DNA from: Thermoproteus sp.
GTDB taxonomy: Archaea > Thermoproteota > Thermoprotei > Thermoproteales > Thermoproteaceae
Direction: 5' to 3'
Length of the DNA stretch: 58,255 nucleotides
NCBI GenBank assembly: GCA_049976425.1
Contig: JBMFIG010000008.1
Coordinates: 1 to 58,255, forward strand
Below are positions 30,206 to 40,218 of this stretch, one piece after another (position 1 is the stretch's first letter; each line of letters begins with the position of its first letter). Position numbers and translations under genes: made by a program. A model generated the notes under the pieces. The model had not been told where the DNA came from and made no database searches. It saw nothing but the letters and a program-made list of their open reading frames with translations.

Positions 30206-30340
30206 ATGGCACTCGGAATCTCCAGAACAAGTCAACTGTTTGTGCCAATGTTTGTTTATGCGAATGGTTCAGCTAAATGGGGCGAAGGACCGCTACCATT
30301 CCCAATACTCGTTGAAATAACTGTCGAGGTACCTATATGA
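30206..30340 (+). CDS. 44-codon ORF (small peptide or C-terminal remnant)
   Basis: MALGISRTSQLFVPMFVYANGSAKWGEGPLPFPILVEITVEVPI*; TGA overlaps the next ATG (ATGA 30337-30340). Confidence 0.45.
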   Translation: MALGISRTSQLFVPMFVYANGSAKWGEGPLPFPILVEITVEVPI

Positions 30341-31122
30341 AATTATATATCATTTTTTCCATTATACTTATTATAGTTCCTGTAGTAATATCATGTATAT
30401 CCTATATATGGCTTATACCTATCCTAGGCGGAAAGATAAGCGACGTCGGTAAGGCGTGTTTTAAATACATAGGCTACTTTGCTGATAATAATTTCAATTA
30501 TTATATTATAATTATTAAGATAAATAATACTTCACATAGTAGCATATATACTATCTATAAATATAATGGCACATTCATCTATTATAATGATATGGTGATC
30601 GTTCGCGGGCGTCTAGACGGCGAGGTCTGCAACGGCACGTTGCCCAGCTCCATATACAGTCTGTTTATCACTAACGGGAGCTCGATCTCGATAGACGGCG
30701 TCCGCATCACGTTGAGGAGATCGGGGCACTTCGGCATACCTAGTTTCGGCCTCGCCCAACCTAACAGATTCTTCGGTTTCGGCCCGTATTACACCGTGTC
30801 CATAAACAACACCCTTTTCCTCGACTACCGGGTTGGCTACACTGGGGACGGCGGCTCATATGCTCTTTACTTCGTAGCTATTTCTCCTAGATCCCGCTTT
30901 ATCGAGACCAATTCCTCCTCGTTCCTATACCTACTCCGCATGTGCGGGATAAAGTCGGTGTTCTCGTTCTTCGTAGGTCTGAACGACACCAACTTCGCGC
31001 CTAGGGATCAGCCGTATCTTTCGGTCTTCGTCAACAACTTCAACGCGTTGTTCCCGCTGTCGTACGGCTTGGTGTTCGGCGGGATTCTGCTGTGGCTGTA
31101 CGGGAGGAGGCGATGGAGTTGA
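30337..31122 (+). CDS. Exported membrane-anchored protein with AT-rich 5' half
   Basis: N- and C-terminal TM segments, Tyr/Asn/Ile-rich, several NxS/T sequons. Confidence 0.8.
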   Translation: MKLYIIFSIILIIVPVVISCISYIWLIPILGGKISDVGKACFKYIGYFADNNFNYYIIIIKINNTSHSSIYTIYKYNGTFIYYNDMVIVRGRLDGEVCNGTLPSSIYSLFITNGSSISIDGVRITLRRSGHFGIPSFGLAQPNRFFGFGPYYTVSINNTLFLDYRVGYTGDGGSYALYFVAISPRSRFIETNSSSFLYLLRMCGIKSVFSFFVGLNDTNFAPRDQPYLSVFVNNFNALFPLSYGLVFGGILLWLYGRRRWS

Positions 31123-31883
31123 CCGCGGCGGGCCTCGTCAAGAGGTTTGGGGCCGTGGAGGCGCTAGCCGGGGCCACGTTCTCCGCCTCGGGCGACGTCG
31201 TGGCGATCTTGGGGACTAACGGCTCGGGGAAGACGACGTTGCTCACGATAATCGCCGGCCTCCGGCGCCCCACGCGCGGGGAGCTCCGCCTGGACGGGCG
31301 GGAGCCCTACAAGTACAGGGACTGGGCGGCGCGGTACGTCAAGGCGGTTTTCGAGAAGCCGCGCTTCCCGTACCCCGTGAAGGCGGGCGAGGTCGTCGAT
31401 ATTGTGAGGAGGCTTAGGGACTGCCCCGGCGGGATAGACATATCCGATATATCCGGCCTCAAGATAGGCCAGCTGTCGTCGGGGCAGGCCCAGCTGTTGG
31501 GGATAGCCGTTGCCCTCGACTGCCACGACGGGGTTGCCGTATTGGACGAGCCGTTCAGCCACCTCGACAAGAGAAGGGCGGCGGCGTTGGCGGAGCTTAT
31601 CAGGAGTAGGGGCTCTGTGATCTACACCACTCACAACTCGGTGGAGGTCTATCTGGCAGACTACATCGTGGTTTTCGACAGGGGGAGGGTCGTCTGGGAA
31701 GGCCCTAGAGATCGGTTCTACAGCAGATACGAGTGGCGCATCGCGGCGGACAGAGCGCCGGGCGGATGCCGCGAGGTGGGCAGGGAGGGGGTCTACGTCG
31801 ACGTGGAGTGCACAGTCGAGGATCTGTTTAAAGGGCTGGCCGAGGGCTACGTCTATGCGGTCGAGCGCAGAGGCGTTTATTGA
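31113..31883 (+). CDS. ABC transporter ATP-binding protein
   Basis: GTNGSGKT, LSSGQ, LDEPF and TTH motifs. Confidence 0.93.
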   Translation: MELTAAGLVKRFGAVEALAGATFSASGDVVAILGTNGSGKTTLLTIIAGLRRPTRGELRLDGREPYKYRDWAARYVKAVFEKPRFPYPVKAGEVVDIVRRLRDCPGGIDISDISGLKIGQLSSGQAQLLGIAVALDCHDGVAVLDEPFSHLDKRRAAALAELIRSRGSVIYTTHNSVEVYLADYIVVFDRGRVVWEGPRDRFYSRYEWRIAADRAPGGCREVGREGVYVDVECTVEDLFKGLAEGYVYAVERRGVY

Positions 31884-32553
31884 GGCCCTTAGGTGGAATC
31901 TGAAGCTCTCCGTGGGGTACGGAGTGTTGCCCCTCGTGTTGCTCCTCGCGCTTGCCACGGCCGCGGCGTCGGAGGCTCCGGGGAGGGCCGTCGCCGCGTC
32001 TTACCTCGTGGAGAGCTTCGGGTTCGCCGCCTACTCCATCTACCTGGCGGCGAGCCTCGCCGCCGGCGGGAGGGGCGTCCAGTTCGAGCTGAACCTGTTC
32101 TCCTCGTACGAGGTCGTCTACCTCGCCAAGGTGGTCGCGTTCGCCATATCCCTCTCCCCGGCGGCTCTGACGGCCGGCTCGCTGGGCTGGTACCTCGGCG
32201 TGTTGGACCCAGCCGCCGTCCTCACGAGGTGGGCCACCGCAACCGCGGTATTCTCGGCCTCCCTCCTGCTGACCGACCAGAGATCGTCTATCTTGTTCCT
32301 GGTCATCCTGCTGGCCCTCACACCGCCGGCCTCCTTGACCGTCGTGAACAGCATGGTGGTCCACGGAGCCGTCGGCGGGCCTAACGGCGCGGTTATGGCC
32401 TTCGCGGCGTTTGTGGCCCCCATCTCCATGTACGCCTTCAAGCAGTACGTCGATATCTACCTCTACTACAGCTCGGCGATCGCCGTCTCGGCCGTCCTCA
32501 TAGCCGCCGGCCTCGCGGCCTTCAGGAGGATTGAGGTAAATCCGGCGGACTGA
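31855..32553 (+). CDS. ABC exporter permease
   Basis: About 6 TM helices; overlaps the ATPase gene. Confidence 0.8.
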   Translation: MRSSAEAFIEALRWNLKLSVGYGVLPLVLLLALATAAASEAPGRAVAASYLVESFGFAAYSIYLAASLAAGGRGVQFELNLFSSYEVVYLAKVVAFAISLSPAALTAGSLGWYLGVLDPAAVLTRWATATAVFSASLLLTDQRSSILFLVILLALTPPASLTVVNSMVVHGAVGGPNGAVMAFAAFVAPISMYAFKQYVDIYLYYSSAIAVSAVLIAAGLAAFRRIEVNPAD

Positions 32554-34239
32554 TCACCTATCTGCCTCGGGCGGGAAGTAGCCGAAGCTCATGTAGATCG
32601 CCGGCAGGTCGGCCAGGCGGTGGCCCTTCATGGCCTCGGCCATAGGCCTCAGATTGCGCCAGCTCGGCGTGACGAACCTAACCCTCCTCAGATATTGGGA
32701 GCCGGTCGCGGATATGTAGACGTACGCGGTCCCCCTCGCCATCTCGGCCAGCCCGTGGTATTCGCCGGGCTCCGGCCTCAGCTGGGTCAACACGCCGAAG
32801 ATGCCGGCGGCTCCCTCCCTCCTGAAATTCGGCGACAGCTCCAGCAGAGCCTCGTCCAGAATATCGCCGTCGGGGAGGGCGCGGAGGACCTCCTCGATAT
32901 ACTCTATGGACGCCCATATCTCGCCCCACCTTACCGAGGTCCTGGCCATGGCGTCTCCTCCCTTCTCGACGACGATCCTAGGCCTCACCAGCTCGTAGCC
33001 GTCGTAGGGCGAGGCAACCCTCGCGTCGTAGTCTATCCCGGATCCCCTCGCCGCCGGGCCGACTGCGCCCAGCGACGCGGCCCTCCTCGCGTCGAGGACG
33101 CCGACGCCCTCCAGCCTCATCCTCACCACTGGGTTCTTGAGGAACAGCTTCTCGAAGTCGGGGAGCCTCGCCTTGAGCTTCGCCAGAAGCCTCTCGACAG
33201 CCTGCCTTCCGTCCGTCGTGAGGTCTCTCCTGACGCCGCCCGGTATGGGGTAGGCCGACGTCGTCCTGGCGCCGGTCGCCCTCGCCTGGACCTCCGCTAT
33301 CATGTCGCCCATCCCGAAGCCCCACATAAACGCTGTGGAGTGGCCTATGAATATCCCGTGTAGGGCCAAGTCGTAGAGGTGGGTCCTGATACGCCCCAGC
33401 TCGGCCATCAAGGATCTGAGGGCCTTAGCCCTGGGCGGAGGCTCTAGGCCGAGCGCCTTCTCCACGGCGTGTACGTACGGCAGTATGGCGTTGGTTGAGT
33501 CCATAATGGACACCTTCTCCACCAGCGGCGGGACGGTCCAGAAGGGCCTCCTCTCGGCCAGCTTCTCGACGCCTCTATGGACGAAGCCGGGGTCGGGCCT
33601 GACGTCGGTTATCACGTCGCCGTCGACCACGACGAAGAGCCTCATGTGGCCGGAGCCGGGGTGTTGCGGGCCCACCACCAGCACCAGCCCCCTCTCGCCG
33701 GGCGCCAGCTCCTCCTCCCCCTCGACGAAGAAGGTGGAGCCCGGCCTCTTGTCGAAGGGCCACTCCGCCGGCTTGGCGCCGTCCGCCGCGCCTCCGCCCG
33801 CCTGCCTGCCCACGTTCTCCTGGACCTTCTCCACGGCCTTCAACAACGCCTCGGGCGTCGGCGGGCATCCGGACACATATACGTCGACGCCGACCACGTT
33901 GGAGGCGGGGACCATGTGGTAGGACCCGTAGAAGACGCCGCCCTTTATGGCGCAGGCGCCCATGGCTATGACGTATTTGGGCTCGGGCATCTGTTCGTAG
34001 ACCCACTTGACGAACTTAGCCATCTTGAGCGTTATGGTCCCCTCGATTATGAGGAGGTTGCTGTGTCTGGCCGACGGCATCGGGAGGACTCCGAGCCTCT
34101 CGGCGTCGTAGGCGGGGCCGAAGGCGTGGGCCAGCTCCACTCCGCAACACGCGGTCACCAGATGGGGCGGCCAGAGAGACCACTTGGTGCCCCAGGCGCC
34201 CGCCGCCTTGGCTAAATCCCTCACCTTCCTAATCGCCAT
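32554..34239 (-). CDS. Fused NuoB-NuoD subunit of a complex-I-like oxidoreductase
   Basis: N-terminal TACCGVE, GACAIKGG, GCPPTPE (NuoB N2 ligands); C-terminal GPQHPGSGHMRL, GFVHRGVEK, RGSG, FPPEADR (NuoD). Confidence 0.93.
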   Translation of the reverse strand: MAIRKVRDLAKAAGAWGTKWSLWPPHLVTACCGVELAHAFGPAYDAERLGVLPMPSARHSNLLIIEGTITLKMAKFVKWVYEQMPEPKYVIAMGACAIKGGVFYGSYHMVPASNVVGVDVYVSGCPPTPEALLKAVEKVQENVGRQAGGGAADGAKPAEWPFDKRPGSTFFVEGEEELAPGERGLVLVVGPQHPGSGHMRLFVVVDGDVITDVRPDPGFVHRGVEKLAERRPFWTVPPLVEKVSIMDSTNAILPYVHAVEKALGLEPPPRAKALRSLMAELGRIRTHLYDLALHGIFIGHSTAFMWGFGMGDMIAEVQARATGARTTSAYPIPGGVRRDLTTDGRQAVERLLAKLKARLPDFEKLFLKNPVVRMRLEGVGVLDARRAASLGAVGPAARGSGIDYDARVASPYDGYELVRPRIVVEKGGDAMARTSVRWGEIWASIEYIEEVLRALPDGDILDEALLELSPNFRREGAAGIFGVLTQLRPEPGEYHGLAEMARGTAYVYISATGSQYLRRVRFVTPSWRNLRPMAEAMKGHRLADLPAIYMSFGYFPPEADR

Positions 34240-34549
34240 GGCCCCTCGCCGTGAGGTAGGCGACCGCCGTCGCGGCCGCCACCGCCGCCAGTATCTCGGG
34301 CAGAGAGCCGGGATCCATCAGGTAGAAGGCTATGGACATCCCCACCACCGACTCCACGGCCACGGCCAGATAGACGTAGACGATGTACTGCATCGCCATC
34401 CTCCTCCTCGCCTTGCCGTAGGGCGGGTTGCCCGCCTCGAACCTAACCTCCTTGGCCCCGGAGGCCCGCCTCGGGGCCAGTAGCCTCGGCGCGATCAACA
34501 ACGCCGCCAGCGACGCGGCCAGGGCCAGCAGGAACATCAGCCAAGCCAT
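34229..34549 (-). CDS. nuoA: NuoA-like subunit
   Basis: Three TM helices; KEVRFEAGNPP loop; acidic VES motif. Confidence 0.85.
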   Translation of the reverse strand: MAWLMFLLALAASLAALLIAPRLLAPRRASGAKEVRFEAGNPPYGKARRRMAMQYIVYVYLAVAVESVVGMSIAFYLMDPGSLPEILAAVAAATAVAYLTARGHGD

Positions 34550-35487
34550 AGCCTCCACGCGGCGGACACGGCCAGAGAGGCGGCGGAGATGAGCAGTAGG
34601 GAGCCCCACCCCAGCTTGAGGGCCTGGTCTATCCTCATGCGGGGGTAGACGGCCCTTAGGAACAGCCAGACTGTCGTGAGGAGGAGGGCCTTGGCGATCA
34701 TGGCGAGCGCTCCCAAGGCTCCCGAGAACGGCGCCCAGCCGCCGAGGAAGAGCAAGGCGCCCAGCATGGAGAATGAGTACAGCCCGACGTAGTTGGCGCC
34801 GAACGAGGCGAGGAGGAGCGACGAGCCGTACTCGGTGTAGGGCCCGAACACGATCTCGGTATCGGCGTCGGGTATCTCGAAGGGGAACCTGCTGGTGGCC
34901 ATAGCCGCCGAGATGAAGAAGGCGAAGAACGCCAAGGGGTTCATGGCTATGCCCGGCAGCCTCTGGGCCTCGACCGCCTTGGCGGGGTCGGGCCCGTAGA
35001 GGACCACCATGGAGAGCACGGAGAGGGCCAGCGGGACCTCGTAGGCCACCTCTATGAGTATCTCGCGGAGCGCGCCTATGTAGGTGAACTTGTCGGCCTC
35101 GACCCACGCCATGGCCACTATGGCGGGCGTCGCGAGGAGCAGTATCGCCAGTATGTAGGCCAGCCCGTATCCGCTCTCCAGTATCGCCAGGCCGGGCGCG
35201 CCGGGTATGAACAATATCGGGAGGGCCTCGGCCGCGAATACGGCCAGCGGCAGCGCCGCGAAGAGGGCTCTGTTCGTGTAGGACGGCACGACGAGCTCGC
35301 TGAAGACGAGCTTGACGGCGTCGGCGAGGCCTTGCAGAATCCCTCCCAGCCTCCTCGAGACGTAGAGGGGGCCGTAGCGCCACTGCACCTTCGCCGCCAG
35401 CTTCCTCTCCAGCCACACGGCGAATAGGAGGTAGGCGAACATAGCCGTGATGCCCGGGTAGACCAGCGCAGCGACGGCGCCCGTCAT
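34537..35487 (-). CDS. nuoH: NuoH-like subunit
   Basis: ERKLAAKVQWRYGP, QGLADAVKL, RFPFEIPDADTE and PRMRIDQ motifs. Confidence 0.95.
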   Translation of the reverse strand: MTGAVAALVYPGITAMFAYLLFAVWLERKLAAKVQWRYGPLYVSRRLGGILQGLADAVKLVFSELVVPSYTNRALFAALPLAVFAAEALPILFIPGAPGLAILESGYGLAYILAILLLATPAIVAMAWVEADKFTYIGALREILIEVAYEVPLALSVLSMVVLYGPDPAKAVEAQRLPGIAMNPLAFFAFFISAAMATSRFPFEIPDADTEIVFGPYTEYGSSLLLASFGANYVGLYSFSMLGALLFLGGWAPFSGALGALAMIAKALLLTTVWLFLRAVYPRMRIDQALKLGWGSLLLISAASLAVSAAWRLWLG

Positions 35488-35882
35488 AGCAAGGACCTCC
35501 TAGGCCTCCCGTCGGCCTCCGGCGGGTCCCCCTCGGCGTATTTGGCGAATGTGTCGAGGCTTGTCCATATGACCTCGTGCCACTGGGTATGCCTCAAGCT
35601 CCCGGTCGGGCAGGCGTCGACGCAGTAGCCGCAGAATATGCAACGGCCGTAGTCTATGCCGGGGTACCTCTTCCCGTCGGGCCCCACGCTGAACTTTACG
35701 GCCTTCGCCGGGCAGACCGCCTCGCAGAGGCCGCAGCTGATGCACTTGCCCCTGTCGTTGACGATGTAGCCGCGGAGCCTGTCGCCGTAGTCCCTCGACT
35801 CTCTGGGGTAGTCCACCGTTATGGGCCCCCTCAAGGCGTTCTTGACAGCGACGGCGAGTAGACGTATGTGGTCCGTCAACAT
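35484..35882 (-). CDS. nuoI: NuoI-like 2x[4Fe-4S] subunit
   Basis: TVDYP, CISCGLCEAVCP and CIFCGYCVDACP motifs; ATG 35882 overlaps the porB stop. Confidence 0.93.
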   Translation of the reverse strand: MLTDHIRLLAVAVKNALRGPITVDYPRESRDYGDRLRGYIVNDRGKCISCGLCEAVCPAKAVKFSVGPDGKRYPGIDYGRCIFCGYCVDACPTGSLRHTQWHEVIWTSLDTFAKYAEGDPPEADGRPRRSLL

Positions 35883-36898
35883 GCCGCCTCGGGGTCGAGA
35901 GGGCCTATGTACTCGCCTCCCGCCATCTCGTTCAGCCTCTTCACGTCCTCGTCTATGACCTTCTGCAGGAAGGCTATCTCCTCCTTGCCGAGGTGTCTGA
36001 ACCTCCCCTGGAGCTTCAGGAAGCACTCCACGGGCTTCCTCTTGGGGACGGGCACGGTTATTCTGAAGACGCCGTCCTCAATCTCGTAGTTCACCCAGTA
36101 GCCGGTCTCCGTGGCCAGCTCCAGGACCTTGATTGCGTATTTCGGCTCGAAGCGCCACCCCGGCTGGCAGGACTGGAGGACGTGTATGAACGAGGGCCCG
36201 TCGACCTCAGCCGCCTTCTTGAACTTCTGCAACATGTCGGGGAGGTAGGCCGGATTCGCCGTGGCCGCATACGGTATGCCGTGGGCGGCCGCTATGAGGG
36301 CCATCGGCTTCTTGTGGGTAAGGTTCCCCGGTATCTTCCTCCCCGCCGGGGACGTCGTGGCCGAGGCGAAGAGGGGGGTCGTGCCGGAGCGTTGTATCCC
36401 CGTGTTCATGTAGCCCTCGTTGTCGTACATGACGTAGATCACCCTATGCCTCCTCTCCAGCATGCCGCTGAGAGCCTGGAAGCCTATGTCGGCCGTGCCC
36501 CCGTCGCCTGCGAACACCACCACGTTTATCTTCCTGTTGGGGTCTATGGCGCCCCTCCTCTTGAGGACCTTTATGGCCGCCTCTATGCCCGAGGCCACGG
36601 AGCCGCCGTTGCCGAACGCCACGTGTATCCACGGAACAGCCCAGTTGGTGCGGGGGTACGTCACGGTGGACACCTCGGCGCATCCCGTCGGGTTCACGAC
36701 GATGGTGTCGGGGCCCAGGACCTTCAACATATGTCTGGCGATAACGCCTATCGTGCAACTGGCGCACAGCCCGTGTCCCGGCAGGAACAGCTCCTGCTCC
36801 GGCAGGGCGAAGTTGTCGAACTCGTAGGCGGCCTCGACTGCGGCGCCCGGCCTCGCTCCCGGCAGTTGTAGCCCCCTTACGTCTACCTTGACCTTCAT
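35876..36898 (-). CDS. porB: Pyruvate/2-oxoacid:ferredoxin oxidoreductase beta subunit
   Basis: GHGLCASC, TGC, GDGG...DNEGYMNTG (TPP-binding motif). Confidence 0.93.
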   Translation of the reverse strand: MKVKVDVRGLQLPGARPGAAVEAAYEFDNFALPEQELFLPGHGLCASCTIGVIARHMLKVLGPDTIVVNPTGCAEVSTVTYPRTNWAVPWIHVAFGNGGSVASGIEAAIKVLKRRGAIDPNRKINVVVFAGDGGTADIGFQALSGMLERRHRVIYVMYDNEGYMNTGIQRSGTTPLFASATTSPAGRKIPGNLTHKKPMALIAAAHGIPYAATANPAYLPDMLQKFKKAAEVDGPSFIHVLQSCQPGWRFEPKYAIKVLELATETGYWVNYEIEDGVFRITVPVPKRKPVECFLKLQGRFRHLGKEEIAFLQKVIDEDVKRLNEMAGGEYIGPLDPEAAC

Positions 36899-38085
36899 GG
36901 CCCCCTCAGCCCTATGTAGAACGGCCTCATGGGCTCCGCCTCGCCCTTCGCCACCCGCTCCGCCGCCTTCCTCAACGCCGTCGAGTCGGTCGCCCTCATG
37001 CCTATGGTTGCGTAGGCGTTGTACACCGGGCGGGTCAAGGTTGCGGCGAGCTCCGTGGCGACGGGGCCCAGAATCCCTCCGTGGTTGAACGCTCTATCGA
37101 CCACCAACACCTTCTCCACGCCGTCGAGGCTCTTCCGCAGAAAGTCGGCGGGCCAAGGCCTCAGAAGCCTTATCTTCAAGGCGCCCGCCCTTATGCCCTC
37201 GGCCCTCAAGGCGTCCGCGGCCCTCCTCGCCAGGCCGTAGATCGAGCCGTAGGTCACTATGGCCACGTCGGCGTCCTCCAGCCTGTAGGCCGAGCCGAAG
37301 CCGTAGCTCCTCCCGAAGAGCTTGCCGTACTGGGCGTCGGCCTCGGCGACTGCTTTTATCGAGTCCTCCAGCGCCTTGTACGCCGCGTACCTCATCTCGA
37401 AGTACCACTCCGGCGTCCCCACCGCGCCGAGCGAGGCCGGGCTGTCCACGTCCAGCTTCTTCCAGCTCCTGGTTATCGGGGCGTAGCGCATCACGTCCTC
37501 CTCGTCCTCGGGCACCTCCAGAGGCTGGAGCACGTGGCTTATCCAGAAGCCGTCGTAGGCGACGGCGACGGGGAGATGGACCGACGGATCCTCGCCGACT
37601 CTATATGCCTGTATAACCGTGTCGAAGGCCTCTTGTACGTTAGACACCATGTAGATTATCCAGCCCAGCTCCCTCATGGACATGACGTCGCTGTAGTCCC
37701 CCCAGACGTTTATGGGGGCCGAGTAGGCCCTCGTGGCTATGCCCATCACTATGGGGAGCCTCAGCCCCACCGCTATGGGCAGTATTTCGTACATGAAGCC
37801 GAGCCCCTGGCTGCTGGTCGCAGTGAAGACCCTGGCCCCCATGGCGGAGGCTCCCACGACAGCCGAGAGGGCCGAGTGCTCGCCCTCCACCGGGATGTAC
37901 TCGGCGTCGAGCTCGCCGTTGTTGACGTACTCCGCCAGCTTCTCCACGGCTGGCGTCTGTGGAGTTATGGGGTAAGCCGCCACGACCTCCACGCGGGCCA
38001 TCTTGGCGGCGAGCGCCACCGCGTGGTTCCCCGTGAGCGCGATCCTCCTCTGCCTCGCCTTGCCCAACTCCAGCTGGACGGTCAT
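36895..38085 (-). CDS. porA: Pyruvate/2-oxoacid:ferredoxin oxidoreductase alpha subunit
   Basis: TGNHA, AYPITPQT, EGEHSA and TATSSQG motifs. Confidence 0.93.
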   Translation of the reverse strand: MTVQLELGKARQRRIALTGNHAVALAAKMARVEVVAAYPITPQTPAVEKLAEYVNNGELDAEYIPVEGEHSALSAVVGASAMGARVFTATSSQGLGFMYEILPIAVGLRLPIVMGIATRAYSAPINVWGDYSDVMSMRELGWIIYMVSNVQEAFDTVIQAYRVGEDPSVHLPVAVAYDGFWISHVLQPLEVPEDEEDVMRYAPITRSWKKLDVDSPASLGAVGTPEWYFEMRYAAYKALEDSIKAVAEADAQYGKLFGRSYGFGSAYRLEDADVAIVTYGSIYGLARRAADALRAEGIRAGALKIRLLRPWPADFLRKSLDGVEKVLVVDRAFNHGGILGPVATELAATLTRPVYNAYATIGMRATDSTALRKAAERVAKGEAEPMRPFYIGLRGP

Positions 38086-39026
38086 ATCTCCCTAACCATC
38101 TTTATGGCCCCCGTGGGGCACACCTCGGCGCATATGCCGCAGCCCTTGCAGTAGTTGTAGTCGAAGTCTATGGCCTTGACCTTGACAGACCTGCCGCGCG
38201 GGCCCTTGGCCTCCCTCCACACCTCGAGCACCGCGTCGTCGGGGCAGTATATCCAGCACCTCCTGCACATGATGCACTTGGAGTGGTCTATCACGGGCCT
38301 CTCCACGCGCCAGGAGCCCGTCTTGTACCGCAGGCTGCTGCCCGGGAACGCCAGCCCGCCCTCCGGTATTTTGTCCCAGCCCACCAGCTCGTAGTCCCCC
38401 GTGAGGAACGCGGAGGTGGTGGGTATCTCTACTGAGGCCTTCGCGCTCCCCGTCTCGGAGGCCGGTATCACCACCGCCGTCTTGTAGGCCTCCACGGCCG
38501 CCGCGAAGTTCTGCTCCACGGCCTTGCCCAGCTGGGACGCTATGGCCTCCTTCACCGACTCGAGCCTGGGGATCCCCATAACCTTGGCGAAGACGCCCAC
38601 CATGGGGCCGTTGGGCACCGCGAGCCCCACGTGTTTGAGGGCTATGCCTATGCCGTCGACCACCGCGATGTTCACGTCGCGCCGCCCCACCAGCTTGGCG
38701 ACCTCCTCCGGGCTCTTCCCCGAGCTCACCGCCACGTACCCTCCCGGCCTCACCGCGTCCACGACCACCCTCATGGGCTCGATCAGTTTGTCGTCCAGGA
38801 AAACCGCCACGTCCGGGTTCTTTATGGGCTCGGGCGAGTCGTCGAAATAATCCGTGAGGGTCAGGAAGGCCTTCACGGGGGCGCCTCTACGCTCGGCGCC
38901 GAACTCGGGATTAGCCAAGGCGTAGAGGCCGTCGGAGATGGAGGCGTGCGCGACTATGTATACGGCTGTGACTATGCCCTGCCCGCCTCTGCCGATCCAG
39001 ACCGACTCTATCCTCATTAAGGACAT
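38082..39026 (-). CDS. 2-oxoacid:ferredoxin oxidoreductase fused gamma/delta subunit
   Basis: GRGGQG and FGAERRGAPV (gamma); TGSWR, CIMCRRCWIYCP and CKGCGICAEVCP (delta). Confidence 0.93.
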   Translation of the reverse strand: MSLMRIESVWIGRGGQGIVTAVYIVAHASISDGLYALANPEFGAERRGAPVKAFLTLTDYFDDSPEPIKNPDVAVFLDDKLIEPMRVVVDAVRPGGYVAVSSGKSPEEVAKLVGRRDVNIAVVDGIGIALKHVGLAVPNGPMVGVFAKVMGIPRLESVKEAIASQLGKAVEQNFAAAVEAYKTAVVIPASETGSAKASVEIPTTSAFLTGDYELVGWDKIPEGGLAFPGSSLRYKTGSWRVERPVIDHSKCIMCRRCWIYCPDDAVLEVWREAKGPRGRSVKVKAIDFDYNYCKGCGICAEVCPTGAIKMVREI

Positions 39027-39111
39027 TGGCTCTTTATACTAAAAATATTTTCTATTTATTCAAGAAGAACTTTACTATATTCCATGTTGAAAACATCAAT
39101 TATAATGATCC

Positions 39112-40218
39112 TTAATGCGGCAGGAGCAGAGGCATGGCGGCGAGGAGCCACAGCGGAGCGGCGGCGCCCAGCGCGGCGCTCGCGAGCGACGCCGCGAGGG
39201 GCCTCCTCCCAGCGCCTGCGCTTGTCGACGAGGCGAGGCGGATGTAGTAAGCCACGGACCACGCCACGTTGGCCAACAGATAGGCCGCGGCGGCGGGGCC
39301 GAGCCTCTGGGCCGTCAAGATCAGGAGGGCTAGCTTGGGCCAGAAGCCGAGGAGCGGCGGGATCCCTATCTGGTTTAGGGACAGGACGTACGCCGACCAA
39401 CGGGGGCCGGGCGACGAGATGTGGGAGAACAAGCCCATGGCGCCTATGGAGTCGGCGAACATGAGGAAGGGCGCGAGCGGCTTGTATACGGCGAAGGCGA
39501 AGAGGGCAAGGCCTGCGTGGAAGACCGAGGCGAAGCCGAGCAACCTCCTCGGGTCTCTGCTGGCGGTCGCGCCTAGGTTGCCCACGAGGATAGACGCGGC
39601 GGCCAGCGGGAGCGAGGCGTAGGCGGGGACGTCCAGGGGGAGCAACATCAAGGCGAAGGCCGCCCCGAGCTTGGCCAAGCCGGATATGAGCACGAGGCCC
39701 TCGGGCGCCGATCTGCCGAATACGTCGGGGACCCAGTAGAAGGCGGGGAATACGCCGAGCTCCAGCGCAACTCCCGAGAAGGCCAGGGCGGATCCCAGCT
39801 CGCCGCCAGCGGAGAGGCCGGCCACGACGAGGCTGCCGGCCACGGTGGACACCACGAAGTACCTGAAAAGCGCCTCGACGCTGCCGAGGTCCGGCGACGC
39901 CGCTATCAAAGCGCCGGGGGCGGCAACGGCCATCGCGAAGCCCAAGGCCTTGTAGTGGGGCTCCGGAGACGCCATGAGCAAGACGCCGTATGCCGAGAGG
40001 GCCGCCGCCAGGCCCGAGTAGTCCCTGAGCCTGCCCCTCGGCACGAGCGCCGGCGCGACCAGGTAGGGCAGGAGCAGTAGGGCCAACGCGCCCTCCCCCG
40101 CCGATGCTAACGAATAGGCCGCGTAGGCGAAGGCCGCCGCGTCGACGGCGTAGGCCCAGACGCCGCGCTCCCCGGCCCTCCTCGCGGCTACATATAGCGG
40201 GAGGAGCCACTGGATCAT
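39112..40218 (-). CDS. nuoN: NuoN-like antiporter subunit
   Basis: EALFRYF, FPAFYWVPDV, RRLLGFAS and GIPPLLGFWPK motifs. Confidence 0.87.
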   Translation of the reverse strand: MIQWLLPLYVAARRAGERGVWAYAVDAAAFAYAAYSLASAGEGALALLLLPYLVAPALVPRGRLRDYSGLAAALSAYGVLLMASPEPHYKALGFAMAVAAPGALIAASPDLGSVEALFRYFVVSTVAGSLVVAGLSAGGELGSALAFSGVALELGVFPAFYWVPDVFGRSAPEGLVLISGLAKLGAAFALMLLPLDVPAYASLPLAAASILVGNLGATASRDPRRLLGFASVFHAGLALFAFAVYKPLAPFLMFADSIGAMGLFSHISSPGPRWSAYVLSLNQIGIPPLLGFWPKLALLILTAQRLGPAAAAYLLANVAWSVAYYIRLASSTSAGAGRRPLAASLASAALGAAAPLWLLAAMPLLLPH

